This document shows, piece by piece, positions 7,523 through 10,773 of a DNA stretch of 10,773 bases (the first letter of the stretch is position 1; every line of letters begins with the position of its first letter). Location: NCBI GenBank assembly GCA_041736305.1, contig JBGSTX010000012.1:1-10773 (forward strand). The letters run 5' to 3'. The stretch is from Oligoflexus sp. GTDB taxonomy: Bacteria; Bdellovibrionota_B; Oligoflexia; Oligoflexales; Oligoflexaceae. Position numbers and translations under genes: made by a program. The notes beneath the pieces were generated by a model, which made no database searches, was not told where the DNA came from, and saw only the letters and a list, made by a program, of their open reading frames with translations.

Positions 7523-7936
7523 TTAGAGGCGGGCGTAGATAGTGCGGAACTGACCATTTCTGTGGTCACGAACAGTCAGCTGAACGTTACCGAAAAGTTG
7601 GGCGATGGTTTGCTTGAAGCTAGGGATGTCGTAGGTAGGACGGCCGTTTACTTGAACGATTTCGTCTTGTACTTCAACGCCAGCGTAAGCGAAGGGACTG
7701 AAAGGCTGAACGTATTCTACGCGTACGCCACCGAAGTATCCTGGAGCGACGATCGCACCGGTGCGGTCTTGACCGCTAGTAACATCAGGTACAAGCTTGA
7801 GGGTTTGGCCGCCTGAGTTTCCGCCGCCAGTGCTAGAAGGAGGAGGAGTAGCAGTAGAAGAGCCGCCGCCCCACTGAGCAAAACTGAGTGAAGATATTGA
7901 CAAGAGAACAGATGCGAGTGCGAGTTTAGCTTTCAT
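7523..7936 (-). CDS. Secreted stand-alone PDZ-domain protein, 137 aa
   Basis: Start revised from 7966 to ATG 7936 (GGAG 7 nt upstream); signal peptide MKAKLALASVLLSISSLSFA, G/S/P/T linker, PDZ signature GGVRVEYVQPFSPFAYAGVEVQDEIVQVNG. Confidence 0.88.
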   Translation of the reverse strand: MKAKLALASVLLSISSLSFAQWGGGSSTATPPPSSTGGGNSGGQTLKLVPDVTSGQDRTGAIVAPGYFGGVRVEYVQPFSPFAYAGVEVQDEIVQVNGRPTYDIPSFKQTIAQLFGNVQLTVRDHRNGQFRTIYARL

Positions 7937-8156
7937 GAGTTGTCTCCAAAGTGTGTTTCGTAGCAATCACGCTTAGAGAGACCACCTACGTTGGAAAACA
8001 TTGCAGCATTCTTTAAAATCATCAAATTCAGACCAGTCCAGCCTTAGAGGCCATGTATCCCCGCTATTAAGGAGAGTAAAGACCTCATAAAGCGACATCT
8101 TGACTTGGTTCCGAAAGCTGATGGGGAGCGGCAAACGTCTATATAGTAGAAGAGGC

Positions 8157-8200
8157 TTGCAGAATCATTTCAGGAGGCAATCGCTTTGCTGAATCGTTTC
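8157..8200. repeat. Imperfect 15-bp direct repeat in the divergent intergenic region
   Basis: TTGCAGAATCATTTC (8157-8171) and TTGCTGAATCGTTTC (8186-8200), 13/15 identical, 29-nt period. Confidence 0.5.
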
Positions 8201-8307
8201 TTGGGCTTATAAAAGACGAGTGCGCCATTTAATAAGTGAGATAAATTTATTTTTGCAAATGCATCTTTCTCCTTGAAATTATTGGTTTTTATGGGTTAAA
8301 AGCAAAC

Positions 8308-8338
8308 TGGAGAGAGGCTCCTCGCTGGGGTCTCTCCA
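8308..8338 (+). promoter_or_regulatory. Hairpin in the probable 5' UTR of the helicase gene
   Basis: TGGAGAGA (8308-8315) pairs with TCTCTCCA (8331-8338), plus inner CTCC/GGGG; ends 12 nt before the GAGGTG ribosome-binding site. Confidence 0.55.
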
Positions 8339-8361
8339 AGTCCTATTTACGAGGTGTTAGT

Positions 8362-10773
8362 TTGACGAGTCCCCAAGAGAAATCGGGTTTCGGGGCCTGG
8401 GCCCGCAAAGTTCCAGCCGTATTGAAATCTATGAGTGCGTTTATCTTTCCTAGTGTCGACCGTGAAAAAAAATTGTCGCAACCACCACAGCATGCGCTCC
8501 TGAAAAAACATAAAGCTTTGCTGTCGGAACTTAATTTAGAAGTGCATGACGACCATTTCTACTTTCGCGAGCCGCGCTCCTTTCAAGAGAAGGGCTTGCA
8601 GATTGAATTATTCGCTGAAGCCCGTTCAGCTGCGCCTGTCGACATCTTAGCGGCTCCTGATCTGCAGAAAACAGAGGCGGCTCAGGCTTGGCTTCGGCAG
8701 CAGCGCAACGATCTCAGCGGCAAGACCACAGCAGTGCTCGGTCAGGCGGGAGCGGCTCTGAAGGCGCTCACCGATCTGGTGAATCTTGCTTCCGAACAGA
8801 AGTGGCTCGGTAAAGAAGAAGTTCTTCGCAAGAAATATTTGGAATTTCCTGCTTCGCTCTCAGCCAATGAAGCTTTGACTGTGGCTCGGACCCGGCACAA
8901 GGATCTTCTGTCGAGTCTTTCGCGCGCAAAGAGTGACCATCTCGGCAAAAAGCTCAAAGAGCTGGGTAATTCGCGTCTCAACGGAAGAAGTCTGACCCAG
9001 CGCTACACGCAGACGCTGCCGTTCTTGAGCTCGACGCTCGAACTCGCGTTCGATATAGAGAGATCGCTTGAGCATCGCGAACTGGATCAGCTACTTGATA
9101 CCTCTGACGCGCAGCTGGCAGAGATAGTCAACGGCTTGCTTAAAGATTCGCGAACGGCTCTCGTCAGCCGCGTTGAGGCTCAGCTCCGCGAACTGGCTCG
9201 GCGCATTCGAACTCTACCTCACGTCGAACTGCTGAACGACGCGGCGATAGCGGCGACAGTTGCACCCTATTACGGTGGGCTCAACCGCGCCTTGAAAAAG
9301 CGGCGTGCGAAGAGCGCTCTGGTGGCGGTCGAAGAGGTCGCTCGTGAAGCGAAATATCAGGACGATGTGATCAAGCTCAACGAACATCGTTCTGCTTATG
9401 CCGATGTAGCTGCTTACTATCCAACTGCGCGAGCTCTCAAGCGTCAGCTCGTTCTATACGTAGGTCCTACTAACAGTGGGAAGACCTGGCGATCTCTCAA
9501 CGACCTCGCTGCTGGTGAGAGCGGAGCCTATCTCGCTCCGCTCCGTCTTCTGGCCCTCGAGGGGCAGGAAGAGTTGGAGAAACGTGGCAAGGCTACCTCC
9601 TTCATCACGGGCGAAGAACGCGACCTGCGACCTGACGCTCGTTTTGTCAGCTCGACGATAGAAATGCTCGACGTTGAACGTATCGTTGACGGCGTAGTCA
9701 TCGATGAGGTGCAACTACTCGCCGATGAGCGGCGTGGTTGGGCATGGCTGGCAGCGGTTATCGGTGCCCCGGCCCGTAAAATTATCATGACGGGTTCACC
9801 TGATTGCGTAGATTTGGTCAAGGATTTGGCCAGCTATCTCGGTGAAGAACTGATTATCAACGAGTGTCAGCGCTACAACGAGCTGAAAGTCGCCGATAGC
9901 CCCATGCGCCTCAAAGATGTGCGGGCTGGGACAGCCGTCGTATGCTTCTCGCGTCGCGATGTGCTGAGGATCAAGAGTCAGATCGAGGAGAACACCAATT
10001 TTAAGGTTGCGGTGGTCTACGGCAACCTCAGTCCCCAGGTGCGGCGTGAAGAGGCTCGACGTTTTCGAAGTGGAGAAGCTGAGATCCTGGTCGCGACCGA
10101 TGCTATCGCCATGGGCCTTAATCTACCCATAGCTGAAGTGCTTTTCTACACGATAGAAAAGTTCAACGGCGAAGAAATGGTTGAACTGAGTCAGTCCGAT
10201 ATCAGGCAGATTGGGGGACGGGCGGGGCGTCATGGTTTTGCTCAGTTCGGAACGGTCAATGCCCTTGATCAGAAGAGTCTCGGCGTCATTCGGAAAGCGG
10301 TACAAGGTCAATCCGAAATGCTGCAGCCCCCCTGCTACGTCGCGCCTGGGCACAACCATATCCAAATCATCAGCAGCGTTCTCGGGACTAATTCTCTCGA
10401 ACGTATCCTGACCTTCTTCGAACGCGCGATAGAGTTTTCGGAGGAGCGCTTCGCGCGTTCCAACATCGATGACCTCTCCTATCTTTCGAGTTTTGTCGAC
10501 GAACGCCTGCCTTTCCTCGACGTTAAAGAACGTCTGACGATCGCTTCAGCTCCGGTTGGTGTTCGGAACGAGACCGTAGTCGGTTGGTTTCTCGACCGTA
10601 TGCTGCCAGCCTTCAGAGACCCGAATGCCTCCAGTGACGATTACGAGGAACTGGACGACCTCTTCGAAGCAGCAGATCGTTTTTCTCACGAAGCCGCCCG
10701 CCATCAGCTCGAGCTTCGCGACGCGGAGGATTACCTCAAGACTCTGACAGTTTATGCGTGGCTTGCCTATCGA
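8362..10773 (+). CDS. Suv3-like superfamily 2 RNA/DNA helicase with long N-terminal extension (C-terminus beyond the right edge)
   Basis: Manual translation from TTG 8362 (GAGGTG at 8351-8356; alternative ATG 8431). Suv3 motifs: YPTARALKR, GPTNSGKT (9463-9486), YLAPLRLLALE, ITGEE, STIEM, DEVQ (9703-9714), RGWAW, FSRRDV, VYGNLSP, ILVATDAIAMGLNL, KFNG, QIGGRAGR (10207-10230). Confidence 0.95.
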   Translation, partial: MTSPQEKSGFGAWARKVPAVLKSMSAFIFPSVDREKKLSQPPQHALLKKHKALLSELNLEVHDDHFYFREPRSFQEKGLQIELFAEARSAAPVDILAAPDLQKTEAAQAWLRQQRNDLSGKTTAVLGQAGAALKALTDLVNLASEQKWLGKEEVLRKKYLEFPASLSANEALTVARTRHKDLLSSLSRAKSDHLGKKLKELGNSRLNGRSLTQRYTQTLPFLSSTLELAFDIERSLEHRELDQLLDTSDAQLAEIVNGLLKDSRTALVSRVEAQLRELARRIRTLPHVELLNDAAIAATVAPYYGGLNRALKKRRAKSALVAVEEVAREAKYQDDVIKLNEHRSAYADVAAYYPTARALKRQLVLYVGPTNSGKTWRSLNDLAAGESGAYLAPLRLLALEGQEELEKRGKATSFITGEERDLRPDARFVSSTIEMLDVERIVDGVVIDEVQLLADERRGWAWLAAVIGAPARKIIMTGSPDCVDLVKDLASYLGEELIINECQRYNELKVADSPMRLKDVRAGTAVVCFSRRDVLRIKSQIEENTNFKVAVVYGNLSPQVRREEARRFRSGEAEILVATDAIAMGLNLPIAEVLFYTIEKFNGEEMVELSQSDIRQIGGRAGRHGFAQFGTVNALDQKSLGVIRKAVQGQSEMLQPPCYVAPGHNHIQIISSVLGTNSLERILTFFERAIEFSEERFARSNIDDLSYLSSFVDERLPFLDVKERLTIASAPVGVRNETVVGWFLDRMLPAFRDPNASSDDYEELDDLFEAADRFSHEAARHQLELRDAEDYLKTLTVYAWLAYR

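Noticed and set aside
3918-7816. ORFs 3918-4112, 4698-5000, 5325-5525, 5681-6013, 5755-6000, 6101-6406, 7150-7377, 7314-7505, 7502-7816
   Set aside because: Overlap better-supported genes on the opposite strand or in another frame.
7812-7872. GGA/GCC trinucleotide runs
   Set aside because: Explained by the Gly/Ser/Pro linker of the lone PDZ protein; not a contingency repeat.
8742-10411. Listed ORFs within 8742-10411
   Set aside because: All lie within the long Suv3-like helicase frame, which the track missed because its stop is outside the window.
1-10773. CRISPR array, tRNA, transposase/integrase or recognised defence system
   Set aside because: No regularly spaced repeats, cloverleafs or recombinase motifs seen; the helicase motifs are Suv3-type, with no HD nuclease motif as in Cas3.

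Overview
Bacterial chromosomal window of moderate GC, rich in secreted and envelope genes; an Oligoflexia/Bdellovibrionota-like origin is only an impression from gene style. Left to right: the 5' part of an RlmD/TrmA-family RNA m5U methyltransferase (- strand, running off the left edge, not in the ORF track) overlapped by a small upstream hypothetical gene; a divergent 436-aa orphan lipoprotein; a subtilisin-family (S8) protease behind a sigma54-type promoter, followed by a small lipoprotein; a convergent three-gene - strand cluster (secreted stand-alone PDZ protein, membrane-anchored TPR protein, secreted PDZ plus Trp/Gly-rich beta-domain protein); and a Suv3-like SF2 helicase with a ~350-aa N-terminal extension (+ strand, running off the right edge, not in the ORF track). 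No rRNA, tRNA, CRISPR array or mobile element was recognised. The best candidate for an undescribed system is the protease-less PDZ-TPR-PDZ cluster, whose two paralogous PDZ domains share a non-canonical binding loop and which abuts the subtilase/lipoprotein unit.
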